A stretch of 44,837 nt of DNA, counting the filler, from Asterias rubens (taxonomy: Eukaryota), in NCBI RefSeq assembly GCF_902459465.1. It is 2 parts of 2 records of this genome, joined end to end, with 100 filler letters (N's around TTAATTAATTAA, not from the genome) between each part and the next. Parts side by side here need not be neighbours in the genome. Positions count along the whole stretch, not along the records: positions 1 to 25,019 come from NC_047065.1; 1 more part is not named here. One strand, written 5' to 3'. Each line of letters starts with the position of its first letter. Position 1 is the stretch's first letter. The position numbers and the translations under genes are program-made. The notes under the pieces are model-generated. The model was not told the DNA's origin, made no database searches, and worked only from the letters and a program-made list of their open reading frames with translations. Positions 1 to 10,222 of the stretch are shown here, in pieces.

Positions 1-170
1 CGTCTAGCTTGCTTCTAAGCGGAGATTGTTACCCAATAATCTGCTCGCAAGAATGCTGTGTTCGTTTTTCACCACCTGAATGTATACACAAACTCTCCGG
101 TTGTTTTATGCAAGGTAATTATTAGGTTGTGATCATCATAGATTAATCGAAAATTATCCTGTCAAGGCTG

Positions 171-204
<34 letters not shown>

Positions 205-420
205 GCGGCCTATTTCTTTTTTACTCAACACTTAATGGCCAAGTTTGACTAATTTCGAGTTGTTAGTGTAATTGAACTCACGGGCATTAATTCGTGGAGG
301 ATGCTAATATAAAATATAAAAAACTGTCCGGATTAATATTTATATCTGGGTTTTGAGATTCATATGTTTTTTTTAAATCCAGGTTGTTATTGCAGCGAAT
401 GGTTTGAAACACTGCCTTAC

Positions 421-625
421 CAGATCCACTTCCTACTCCTAAGACACGGAGCTCATTGTCTTGGTCCAAGTTTGGGAGATGAGGGACGATCTTGTCGAGT
501 AGCACTGTCTTGGTCCAGGTGTCCTGACGTTCGTACTTGGCAGAGTACACACTGAAAGTCTCATACGCCTTTAAGTAGCGGTCCCGGTTGGCAAATAAAC
601 GCATCATGGGCTTAGAAGCTGCCAT
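421..625 (-). CDS. HNMT: HNMT-like methyltransferase gene A, coding exon 1 (remaining exons lie left of the window)
   Basis: ATG at 625; MAASKPMMRLFANRDRYLKAYETF...LRVLGVGSGSG aligns with the human HNMT N-terminus and SAM motif I (ILSIGGGAG). Phase-1 donor G|GTAAGG at 420 gives a 205-nt exon. The symbol is family-level; orthology was not tested. Confidence 0.9.
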
Positions 626-779
626 AATGTATACCCTTGTACTCCCCGATGCAACTTGCTGTCAAAAGAAAATACGCCTCAATAGTTCGTTATAACTATA
701 GTTCATGACTTTAGTAGTGCAAGTCAAATCCACAATGGTTCCCGTTTTGGTATGTTATTAGTAGTATGAGAGGCGTATA

Positions 780-824
780 TGACCTCCGTTTTATGAGGGT
801 CATGACCCTCACTCATGAGGGTCT
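780..824. promoter_or_regulatory. Cluster of nuclear-receptor-type RGGTCA half-sites including a perfect IR0 palindrome
   Basis: 18-bp perfect palindrome TGAGGGTCATGACCCTCA at 794-811, plus TGACCT at 780-785 and GGGTCT at 819-824, 155-200 nt upstream of the gene A ATG. Confidence 0.3.
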
Positions 825-2347
825 TCGAGCCACTCTAGAAGACTTTGGACTGGGTTTCTCGATTGCTGTGTAAAGGGTGTACTTATCGTTAATAAGCTAA
901 CAATGGTTAAAAGAAGTACATGGGTCTTTCTCGATGCAGATAACTCGTTTAAGAATCACCCCTCGGTCAAGAGTGGCGTGTCCGCCAGTTGTTTTGAACG
1001 TGTTTGAACTTGCTCTCAGTTGCCGGACCGACAACCGAACGGAATGCCCAATTATATGGACGTGGCCTACGTTTCTGTATTGCGGTGGATTAATTGTTTC
1101 CTTTTTTTTTCCTCAAAAATAAAACAGTTCTTTTGGAATGCCGCCACAAACCATTATTTGAGTCTAATAATTGTTATTTATGTTTACTCTTTGTATAATA
1201 TGCATCCCCAAATCGGCTTTTTGACAACCATGTTTGCATTTTTAATAAACCAACAATAATAATAATAATACACCCTTTTTTTTTTTTTTTTTTTCGATTT
1301 ATTTTTAGGTTTAAATATTGTGTACATTATAGTAATAGTATCATAATTAAATATAATTAAATGCTTTATTGGAAAATACGAAGAGAGGGTTCCGATTTTA
1401 CAGAAGCAATTTAGCGTTGCAACCAAAGACCGACGATTATATAAACAAGGTCGTGTTTTATTTTATTTTATATATATTACACATAGAATGATTTAAACTT
1501 TTGACGACAACACCGGTGATCTACACTACTTTTCATAAATAAGAGCCCCAAAGTGTGGGTACAACCGAGTTAGCCATGGAGAAAAAGGATTAAATGCTTA
1601 GTTTGTTTTGAATTGACACCCCCCCCCCCCCTCCTGTTTTTTTGGGGGGTAGGCCTAAGCAGTTTGCAATACAACAGATAATTTTCTATGCGTATATGTT
1701 TCTGTACGGACTAATAAACTTACGGCGCATATCCAGGATATAGGTCTCTGCAAACGATCATATTTCCATCGTTCTCTACAAAGATGAAACGTTAAATAGA
1801 GTTATGGTGTCATAATAGAATCTAATAATTACTATCCTAATCTGTAATTGCCCAGTGGCCTTCACTTCGTGTACAAAAACAAAAAGACCGGTGCATGGTT
1901 AACGTGAAAACCTCAATGACCCTTGATCACTGAGGCTTATCTGGTAGTTAATAGATGACGTCACAACTGAAATGGTCTACCAGCCAAACGTGCCAGTTCT
2001 TGTTCCCCATACAGTGGAGCTATCTTTGTTTTCTACAACTCCAGGACCACATCATGTACCACAATCACTCGGACACGGTATTATGTTTGTGTTTACCTTT
2101 GCAAGGGGCTGCAGAGAAAACGAGTATACACGGAAAAACAAGAAAAATGCTTTAACAAATCTCCGTTGATAATACTGTTCTGTATTATTACCAAATCAAA
2201 CAATACAATCTTGGTGTGTAGGATTGAAAAACCTTTCATCATTTAAACATAAGTTTAGCATTCTTTATCGAAAAATTCAGTATTTTCATTGCACGTCTCC
2301 CGCTCTCTTCCTCTTCATTCTCATAAGCACTTTCGTCTGTTGATAGA

Positions 2348-2780
2348 TAGTCTAGGTTCCTAGACCATTGGTGTTGCGTGGTCACACACAACCAACGTTC
2401 CGATTATGCACGGCAAAAACTGTACACGCTTGTAATGAACGAACGCTAGCGGGCGCTCTGTTTCTCTTATTTCCTGTGCTCACCAGGACATAGACCTTAT
2501 CGCAAATACCAATGCGCAAGCGCAGACTGTTGAATGAGGTGCATTGTGGGATAGATATGGATCAAATTTGGATACCAGCAAGACCACAATGCACCTAATT
2601 CCAAGCTTTACGCGCGCGCCCCGGTATTTGCGAAAAGGTCAATGGGGAGATCCGGAAATCAGAGAAACAGAGCGCCCGCTAGCGTTCGTTCATTACAAGC
2701 GTGTACAGTTTTTGCCGTGCATAATCGGAACGCTGGTTGTGTGTGACCACGCAACACCAATGGTCTAGGAACCTAGACTA
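2348..2780. mobile_element. 433-bp foldback non-autonomous DNA element with ~120-bp TIRs (TAG...CTA termini)
   Basis: tagtctaggttcctagacc...ctctgtttctct (from 2348) is the reverse complement of 2661-2780 with one mismatch; no clear TSD. Confidence 0.85.
2490..2643. mobile_element. ~150-bp palindromic element nested at the centre of the 2348-2780 element
   Basis: TIR atagaccttatcgcaaatacc / ggtatttgcgaaaaggtcaat with internal IR aggtgcattgtgg / ccacaatgcacct; near-identical free copy at 27879-28030. Confidence 0.85.
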
Positions 2781-2812
2781 CCCAAGGCTAATCTCCAATG
2801 CCAAAGGAGTCT

Positions 2813-3290
2813 CCCAGCAAACATCTGTATTGGCTCGATACTGGCATTTTGTTTGAAACATTGGCAATTAATCGGCCCAGTACAGTTGCCATAACTGCTG
2901 GCACAATTCTTTATTGGACCATTACAGTCATGTCACTATTGACCCAGAATCAGCCCGTTATCTGGCCAGATGTGGCCCACTGCTGGCAGAAGGCTGGCCC
3001 AGTACTCTTTGCATAGGCCCAATAACGCTCGCGCCGATGCTGGCACCTCTGTTTTTGGGCCATTATAGCATGGCACTATTTGGCCCAGAATTGGCCAGCT
3101 ACTGGCCAGATAATGCCACAGCTGGCAGAAGGTTGGCCAAAATACTTTTTGCACAGTAACAGTTGCCATAACTCACCCAGTAGGCCTACAGGCCCAATAA
3201 CGTTCATGATGAGTTCATGCGGGCACTTCTGTATTGGGCCAACACAGTTTGCCACTATTGGCCCATAATTGGCCCGTTACTGGCCAGATG
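2813..3290. repeat. Degenerate GC-rich tandem repeat (about 3 copies of a 140-180-bp unit)
   Basis: Recurring tgc(t/g)ggcac...cactatt...ctggccagat...ggcccaataacg blocks starting near 2902, 3038 and 3217. Confidence 0.6.
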
Positions 3291-3319
3291 GTTCAGTGTG
3301 TAATTAATACGTTAATTAA

Positions 3320-3700
3320 TTAAAGGCAGTGGACACTATTGGTAATTACTCAAAATAATTATTAGCATAAAACCTTTCTTGGTGACGAGTAATGGGGAGA
3401 GATTGATGGTAACAAACATTTTTAGAAACGGCTCACTCTAAAGTGACGTAGTTTTCGAGAAAGAAGTAATTTTCCACGAATTTGATTTCGAGACCTCAGA
3501 TTTAGGACTTGAGGTCTCGAAATCAAGCATCTAAAAGCACACAACTCCGTGTGACAAGGATGTTTTTTCTTTCATTATTATCTCGCAACTTCGATGACCG
3601 ATTGAGCTCAAATTTTCACAGGTTTGTTATTTTATGCATATGTTGAGATACACCAAGTGAGAAGACTGGTCTTTGACAATTACCAATAGTGTCCACTGGC
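3320..3700 (+). mobile_element. Kolobok/T2-type MITE, ~370-bp family
   Basis: TTAA|AGGCAGTGGACACTATTGGTAATT left end, inverted aattaccaatagtgtccact right end; many further copies in the window. Confidence 0.85.
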
Positions 3701-5195
3701 TGTGAAATTTTTCCATGTGTACAAACACGACTAGTATTTTCTTCGCAATGTTTTTAAATGTATTTTGTGATTGTTAATCTAGAGAACTCGAGGTACACTA
3801 CAATTTCCGATGTTTTAGGTTTTTAGCTTTTAGCTTTAAATCATTCTAATCTAACCTAATCTAATCTAATCTAACAATGCGTTAAACTGCCAACAAACTG
3901 GATTTTTTTCAATTGTTAGCCCACAACAGTTAGATTGGTTCGTAAAATGTGGAGAACACTTTTTAAAACGAGGGAGAACTGTAATCAAAATTTAGTTACT
4001 TTAAAATCCTGTAAAATAATTTCTTTTTTTTTGACTGGTAAGATAATTTCAAGCCATGAAGTATCATTGTTGAGTCTAGACTACACCTGGTAGGCCTACC
4101 TATTTAAGTATAGTATATATGTCTACATTATAAGAGAAAAATAATCAACGGTTTGTGCTTTTAACAACAGAGAAATTATGTTCAAATAATAAATAACTCT
4201 TTATTAGAAAAAACACCAACTCAAATACTTTCAAAATGACATTGAAAGCGCCTGTTGGTCCCTCTGAAAGTGCAATTTGATTGCAGATCTATCCAGTACA
4301 CCCAAAAGCTTGTTACGGATACCTGACCCATACGGGTACCTACCCTGTATGGTATCCTGACAACATCAATATGGAACCACAGCAGAACCTGACTATTTTT
4401 CACGTGAGAAGTCCGTCGTCTGCTAGGTTTTCTGTATTGTTTTAAATTTGATTTTTTTCAGGGTGAAGGACTAAAAATTAGCCTTGGTATCCACCATTTT
4501 CGAATTCAGCACCCCACATTAGTTAAATCAGGTATGTTACCAACTTTTACTCATAAATGAAATCTGGTCTAGACTACATCAATCAGAAGCCTGGCTGGAA
4601 GAGCAGAACTACCTACCCTGTGCTGTAACACTAACCCAGTGAGCCGTAACCTTGGACGTGAAATGTCAAGGCGTACGCATAGGGCACACACACAACAGGC
4701 AGGGGGTAAAAGGCTGATGGATTCCAGAGTGTTGGCACTATACAACTAAATATTTATAAAGCGCCTTTACATCAAGATCAAACGATGTAAAGAGCAAAAC
4801 CAATGGAACTATAAATACAACAAATTACATCTGATACAAGTGAGTTTTGTGATATTTTTTGAACAAAGGCAAAGAGTTATAATTTCTGATGCGTACAGGT
4901 ATGTTGTCCCATAATATTCACTATTGGCACTCGACATTTTGTTCATGTGAACATACAAAATACTTGCGTCTCACCTTGATGTCAAAAATGAAACAGTTGT
5001 TTGCTGTACTTAATCTTATAACGGCCAGCAGGGTGGACGGTCCAAGTCCAAACGTTGCTTTAAAGCAAAATACAGGTCTTGGATTAAACTGATTGGAGGA
5101 TCGTCTTGACAAAATAGACCACCGACTCTTCTAACACTACGTGGTGACCTTCATCAGATGTCCATGAGCCGTAGTGACGTGTATTTTAATTTACA

Positions 5196-5539
5196 TTAAA
5201 GGAACACGTTGCCTTGGATCGGACGAGTTGGTCTACAAAAAGCGATTGAAACCGTTTGTTATGAAATGTACATGGTTAGAAAGATGTTTTAAAAGTAGAA
5301 TGTAATGATCCACACAAGTATCACTCAAAACTGCACGGTTTTCTTTTTACGCCGCGAACTATCACGGTCGGCCTTTTATGGGAGTCAAAATTTTGACTCC
5401 CATAAATGGCCGACCGTGTTATTGGACGAGGTGGTAAAAAGAAAACCACTTAATTTCTAACCATTGCATTTATAACAAATGGTCACAAAACGCTTTTCAA
5501 AGACCAACTCGACCGATCCAAGGCAACATGTTCCTTTAA
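5196..5539. mobile_element. Kolobok/T2-type MITE, second family, TTAA TSD
   Basis: TTAA|AGGAACACGTTGCCTTGGATCGGACGAGTTGGTCT ... AGACCAACTCGACCGATCCAAGGCAACATGTTCCT|TTAA. Confidence 0.9.
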
Positions 5540-5697
5540 GATCTGGTTGTCTTTATTGGGCCTACGTCTTATTTGTATCTGATGGTGTATTATTATTGTG
5601 CTGCCCTATGAGTCTGACATATTATTTTTTGGACGTCAAAATGGATTGGGGGGGGGCTTGGCTTCGGCTTATTGTGTTTTAAGAGTGGTTCATGCTA

Positions 5698-5713
5698 TAG
5701 CGCCCTCTCGCGG
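5698..5713 (-). promoter_or_regulatory. CTCF-like motif (duplicated at 11543-11558)
   Basis: Minus strand reads CCGCGAGAGGGCGCTA, close to the CTCF core CCACCAGGGGGCGCTA. Confidence 0.4.
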
Positions 5714-5864
5714 GGAAAACCGTGTGTACTAAGGTCTTCTTAGCAACACATATCTATCTGTGCTGCGAGATTGTCAGATGTGTTTTTTTTTGTAGCTATA
5801 AGTAGTCTGTAGTCGGATAAACCGTTGGTTTGGACACTGTTGGTGATTACTCAAAATAAATGAT

Positions 5865-6655
5865 TATAACACACCTCTGTTTGTTTTTTTTTATTCTGAT
5901 TGGCTGAAACACGGTCACGTGGGTGAACTATTATACACATTGACTGGCAATGAGGTATAGTGTACGTCTATTCCCCCAAGGGACTTTGAGTGACCAGAAG
6001 AGGGACCTAAATAGGCCCCTCGTCTGGTCGATCAGGCCCGAGGGGGAAAGACGTACACTTTTAGTTACCGAAATATACCAGTCAATATGTGTTTTATAAC
6101 ACAGCTCGGTCTTAAATATCAATTAAAAACAGAAATCTGGAAAAGAAAGGAAGTTTTGAGAGAGAGGGCGCTGTAACCGGGCACTATTTTCAAAGACTAA
6201 TGCCCGCTCGGGTACTGGTTCCTGAAAAACACACGCGCGCGATCACAAGACTATAGTTCATCCTACGTGACCGTGTTTATCTCTGTCCTTACTCTATGGT
6301 TTAGCCAACCAGAATACAGAACAAGCAAGAGGTGTGTTATAGTCTAGTGATCGCGCGCGCATGATAGTGTCCGACCGGGCATAAGTCTTTTAATTTTTGA
6401 CTGGTAACAGGGCCCTCTATAGACGAGAACCGTGGATATAGCAACTCTGCAAAACTTCCTTTCCTTTCAAATTGTTATATTTTATGTCAAATTGACCGAG
6501 GTGAACTGGCATTAGTCGGTACATAGTGCACGTCTATTCCCCCTCGGGCATTTGACTGACCAGAAGAGGGACCTCCGCTAGTCACGTCACTCAAAGTGCC
6601 TCGGGGAATAGACGTACACTATTTTACCTCATTGCCAGTCAATAATTATGTGTAT
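5865..6655. mobile_element. Cluster of palindromic non-autonomous DNA elements (tataacacacctct...agaggtgtgttata family)
   Basis: TIR tataacacacctct (5865) / agaggtgtgttata (to ~6341). Internal hairpins with cccgagggg / ccctcggg motifs; ~5936-5990 is the reverse complement of ~6585-6650. The paralogous copy (13552-18845) is split by the LINE. Confidence 0.7.
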
Positions 6656-6734
6656 ACAAATTAACCCGGAAGTGATAACAATAATGTGAGAGCGTCGTCG
6701 TGCGGTCACGGGCCATTCATTCTGCTTTGGACTC

Positions 6735-7099
6735 TCAGTTATCAGACAGCTTTTTAGTAACGATGACTGCATCCCATTCAACATTGATGATGACTCTACT
6801 CCCGTCTTTCTTTGAGCACTCACTGCTGGCTAGAAGCTCAATCACGTCTTGATACTGTGAGGCGGTTGCCTTCTTTTTAAACTGCGTCACTGCGAGGATG
6901 AATTCAAGCAAGAGTTCCCCGTCTTCAGACGTCTTGTCGAAGCACTGGGTGATATCCACTTCACAGTTTTGGTGACTGTGGGTGTATGGAATGTTACGTT
7001 GGTTGAACGGGCTCTGCAATGAAGCAAGGCCAAAGTACCGCACATCCTGTTTCAAGGAATCAGGAACACTTCTCCAGAGCTTGAACCAACTACTCTCGT
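6735..7099 (-). CDS. HNMT: HNMT-like gene B, exon 3 (last, includes TGA)
   Basis: Acceptor ttcttttgcag|; ESSWFKLW...VDITQCFD...GELLLEF...KKDGSRVIIN matches human SSGWDKLW...MDISDCF...GDLLWDF...KKEGKVLFN; 365 nt. Confidence 0.95.
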
Positions 7100-7499
7100 C
7101 TGCAAAAGAAAATATCAAATTATACCAGGAGAGTTCATCACAACATGTACAACAACAATATAATAATACAAGACATTGCTAGAGTGTAGGATCGTTTCGT
7201 CAATTCATTGTCTGTAATTTGTTTAAAAGGCACTATGGATACTATTGGTAAATTAATTTGCTCTAAATAATTGTTGCCATAAAACCTTACTTGTTAGCGA
7301 TCAATAGAGAGATGTTGATAGCATAAAACATTGTAGAAGAAACGGCTCCCAAAGTAACGTCGTTTTCGGGAAAGAAGTGGTTTTCCACTAAAATATTTTG
7401 AACTTGATTTCAAAACTTCAGAATGAGATTTTGAGTCGGATCGCTATCACCCACGACAGACATTATTTTGTAACGACTTGTCCATAAGTCTAATTTTAC

Positions 7500-7820
7500 C
7501 TGACATGATAATGACAAGCAATTTGCCACCAGGTTCAAGGAGGTCGTACATATACATCAAGGAGCTCTCTACGTCACCAACGTGGTACAGGGAGTGAATA
7601 GCGCTGATGAAATGAAACTTGGTTCCAATTCCGTCAGTATCTCTGTACTGTTCAAGGGTTTGCTGTCGCCAGTCAAACTTTACACCTTGTAGTTCGTGTC
7701 CCTTGGATTGGACCAGTGCTTTGTACTTGTTGATTTGATCTTCGGCAGGTTCAACTACACGGTTCGTGATGATCGGAAATTTCTTCAGGAGTGCGGTCAG
7801 GAATGGATACTCTATCTCCC
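7500..7820 (-). CDS. HNMT: HNMT-like gene B, exon 2 (not in the ORF track)
   Basis: Acceptor ttctctataaag|, donor G|GTAAAA; 321 nt, phase 1-1. EIEYPFLTALLKKFPIITNRVVEPAEDQINKYKALV...VKFDWRQQT...KFHFISAIHSLYHVGD...LLEPGGKLLVIIMS matches human VVEPSAEQIAKYKELV and FIHMIQMLYYV. Confidence 0.95.
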
Positions 7821-8551
7821 CTTTATAGAGAACAGTTCAATTAGTTGAAGTTAAGAATAATTATTGAGGGGATTGATAAATATACAGGTTCGTAACTTCA
7901 GGCTGTTAATAAAAGTGTGCTCTAATTAAGTTCGAGCTTAAAACAGCTCAACTTTAAAGCCTTTTTTCCTGATTAATATACTTTTTACTGGTGTGTTGTT
8001 AACAAATAAATTGCTAGCATTGCCTTGCTCGTTCCCGCCCTGCCCAGTTTTCACCATTTTCAAAGCTCAAACATGTCAATCTCCTGCTTATTATATCTGA
8101 ACTTGTTTACCATTATTCCCCTACTCGGACTTAATACGTTAAACTCAAAAGTCATTGTTTCTACAAAAGCTTTCTTTCCCTTTTTCACATGGCCACTGAT
8201 CATTTTCTTACGCCGCCACCATTACTATATAATTTTTTACAGTATTCCATGTGCATAATCGCCAGACTAGTATTTTACACTGTTTTAAGTCGCTGTTAAA
8301 AACTCTCTTTTTTTAAGCTGCTTATTTTTGTAATTATGCTTTTAATTTTGTATCTTTCACTCGCTGTGTTATTATTTATTATTTGTTGTTCTCTTTGTGC
8401 GCACAAGGGGGCTTTTTTTGCATTAGGAGCTTTACACATGTCTTCATTTTGTTGTTATTATTAAGTTATTGGATTTGAAAATTCATATGCTCAGAATTGT
8501 AAATCATATTTCTGTATTGCAGCAAAATGATTATTTGAAACACTGCCTTAC

Positions 8552-8741
8552 CAGATCCACTGCCTACTCCTAAGACACGGAGCTCATTGTCTTGGTCCAA
8601 GTTTGGGAGATGAGGGACGATCTTGTCGAGTAGCACTGTCTTGCTCCAAGTGTCCTGCCGTTCATACTTGTTTGAAGATGCAATGAAAGCCTCATACGAC
8701 TTCATATAGCGATCTTCGTAATGTAACTTAGATTCAGCCAT
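8552..8741 (-). CDS. HNMT: HNMT-like gene B, exon 1; full CDS join(8552-8741, 7500-7820, 6735-7099) = 291 aa, intact
   Basis: ATG at 8741 (MAESKLHYEDRY...VLGVGSGSG), donor G|GTAAGG; 190+321+365 = 876 nt in one frame; human HNMT is 292 aa. Confidence 0.95.
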
Positions 8742-9890
8742 TTTGATCTGTCGTTTTCTCTCGCCGTCTGAAGAAGCACTGCCTGCCAACACAAAAACAC
8801 CCGATGAATAAAAGTAGTCTCACACGAGACAGTAACGTACAGGCAGGTCCGCAGGCAAACTCCATTGCTCATTATTGATTCATATTTCAGTTTTCTCATT
8901 ATAGTTTCATGTGACTTAGTTACTGCTACCTTCGGTTCGGTATCCGAAACGTGACCGAAACGGTGCTTTACGACCACCAAAACACACCCAACCGCAACCT
9001 CGTCCCCATGGTTTACTTTGTTTTCAACCATGTTTACAATAGTAAACCCTGGGATGGAAACTCCTATACTTGGATCCTGATTGGACAACTATTTTACATT
9101 ACTTGATCGTGTCCGCCCGGACGCTGCTGCATAATGCAATGTGTCCGCGGTGACACATTTTCATATGCACTTGTGTCCGCCCCCGTGTAAAACCGTCCTT
9201 GCAGTAAATTAAACGCCATTGGTCGACGGAACACGTTCTCCTTTTTTTACAAGCTAAATGCAGGTCATGAAATTTTCGGCTGCATATACTGCATATGTAC
9301 GTAGGTCCAGTGCATGCACACTCATTTAAGCGGGCACATACCATGTACAATGTCCACCGGATTGTTTTTGCATAGCCCCGGACACGATTGCATATGCAAA
9401 AGTCGACTGACACCGCTACAACACTGCCACCGCAACGACATATAGACTTCTTCACCCCGAAGTCAAATTTTGTACAGTAACTAGATCATGAACATACTCA
9501 CCTTATATTAAAATATGGTCAAAATAGATCGACTGCAGTGTTTTGCTAAATTTCATGTAAGGGTTGGCTGAAACATCCTGACGACAACAATAGACAAAGC
9601 AATACCTTTGAATGTACATATTATACTCCACTCCAACAAATTGCACAGTGACCAATATTTACCTTCAAAGATTAGGCATAGGCATAATAGTGTAAAACTC
9701 ACGCGCTGGAAGTCAACTGCATAAAATATTCAGATTCAGTCCTTCCCGCGCAGTGCCCATGAACTCGGAGCAAGGTCGTGCCCTCTATTGTCGACTGTTA
9801 ATAAAAACCTACACGGCAGCTAAAGGTTGTATGGCTTCTGAATGGCACCCCTGAACACTATTTACAAAATAGGGACACCGCCAATATATA

Positions 9891-9943
9891 GGACTAGATA
9901 GCTCAGTTGGTAGAGCGCCGGCACGTTTGTTCGAATTCCACTC
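9891..9943 (+). mobile_element. tRNA-derived SINE head fragment (copy at 22366-22420)
   Basis: A-box tagctcagttgg and B-box gttcgaattcc with the anticodon/variable region deleted; cannot fold into a tRNA. Confidence 0.7.
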
Positions 9944-10039
9944 TTCCTATAGTCAATTCTTTGTTCTTTATCACCCGGCAATTCGACCCTGCAAGGTTTT
10001 AAACGGCCGTAGAACTAGTAACTACCCTTTTATTTCCAT

Positions 10040-10222
10040 TCATAAATAAGGGAATCAGTGTTTGGTGAAGAGGTTTTCAACTACTGGTTTAATCCCAACG
10101 AGACTGGTTCTTGATAAACTTTTACCGAGACGAAGTCGAGGTAAATTAAGAACAAGGCCTCGGCGGGTTTAAACCACATAGTTGAAAACCGATTCAACAC
10201 ACGATGATTCCCATTTATAAAT
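10040..10222. mobile_element. Palindromic MITE (copy at ~22515-22697, half copy ~31330-31410)
   Basis: taaataagggaatc...ggttttcaacta / tagttgaaaacc...gattcccattta inverted arms. Confidence 0.7.

Noticed and set aside
2112-2135. Strong minus-strand acceptor ctcgttttctctgcag followed 12 nt later by GTAAAC
   Set aside because: Could be a 5' UTR micro-exon of gene A, but there is no supporting frame or partner site; not testable without RNA.
4287-4445. Plus-strand frame after ttgcag| with CYGYLTHTGTYPVWYPDN, faintly CUB-domain-like
   Set aside because: Lacks SPNYP and C-x-W motifs, no clear donor or partner exons; likely chance.
8702-9088. 128-aa ORF (and its 115-aa twin at 21064-21411) upstream of HNMT-like exon 1
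   Set aside because: No recognisable domain, starts and stops differ between the duplicates, and it overlaps the real start codon out of frame; promoter or UTR sequence.
9891-9943. Apparent tRNA gene (also 22366-22420, and a B-box near 40651)
   Set aside because: Anticodon arm missing and no acceptor-stem pairing; SINE head remnant.
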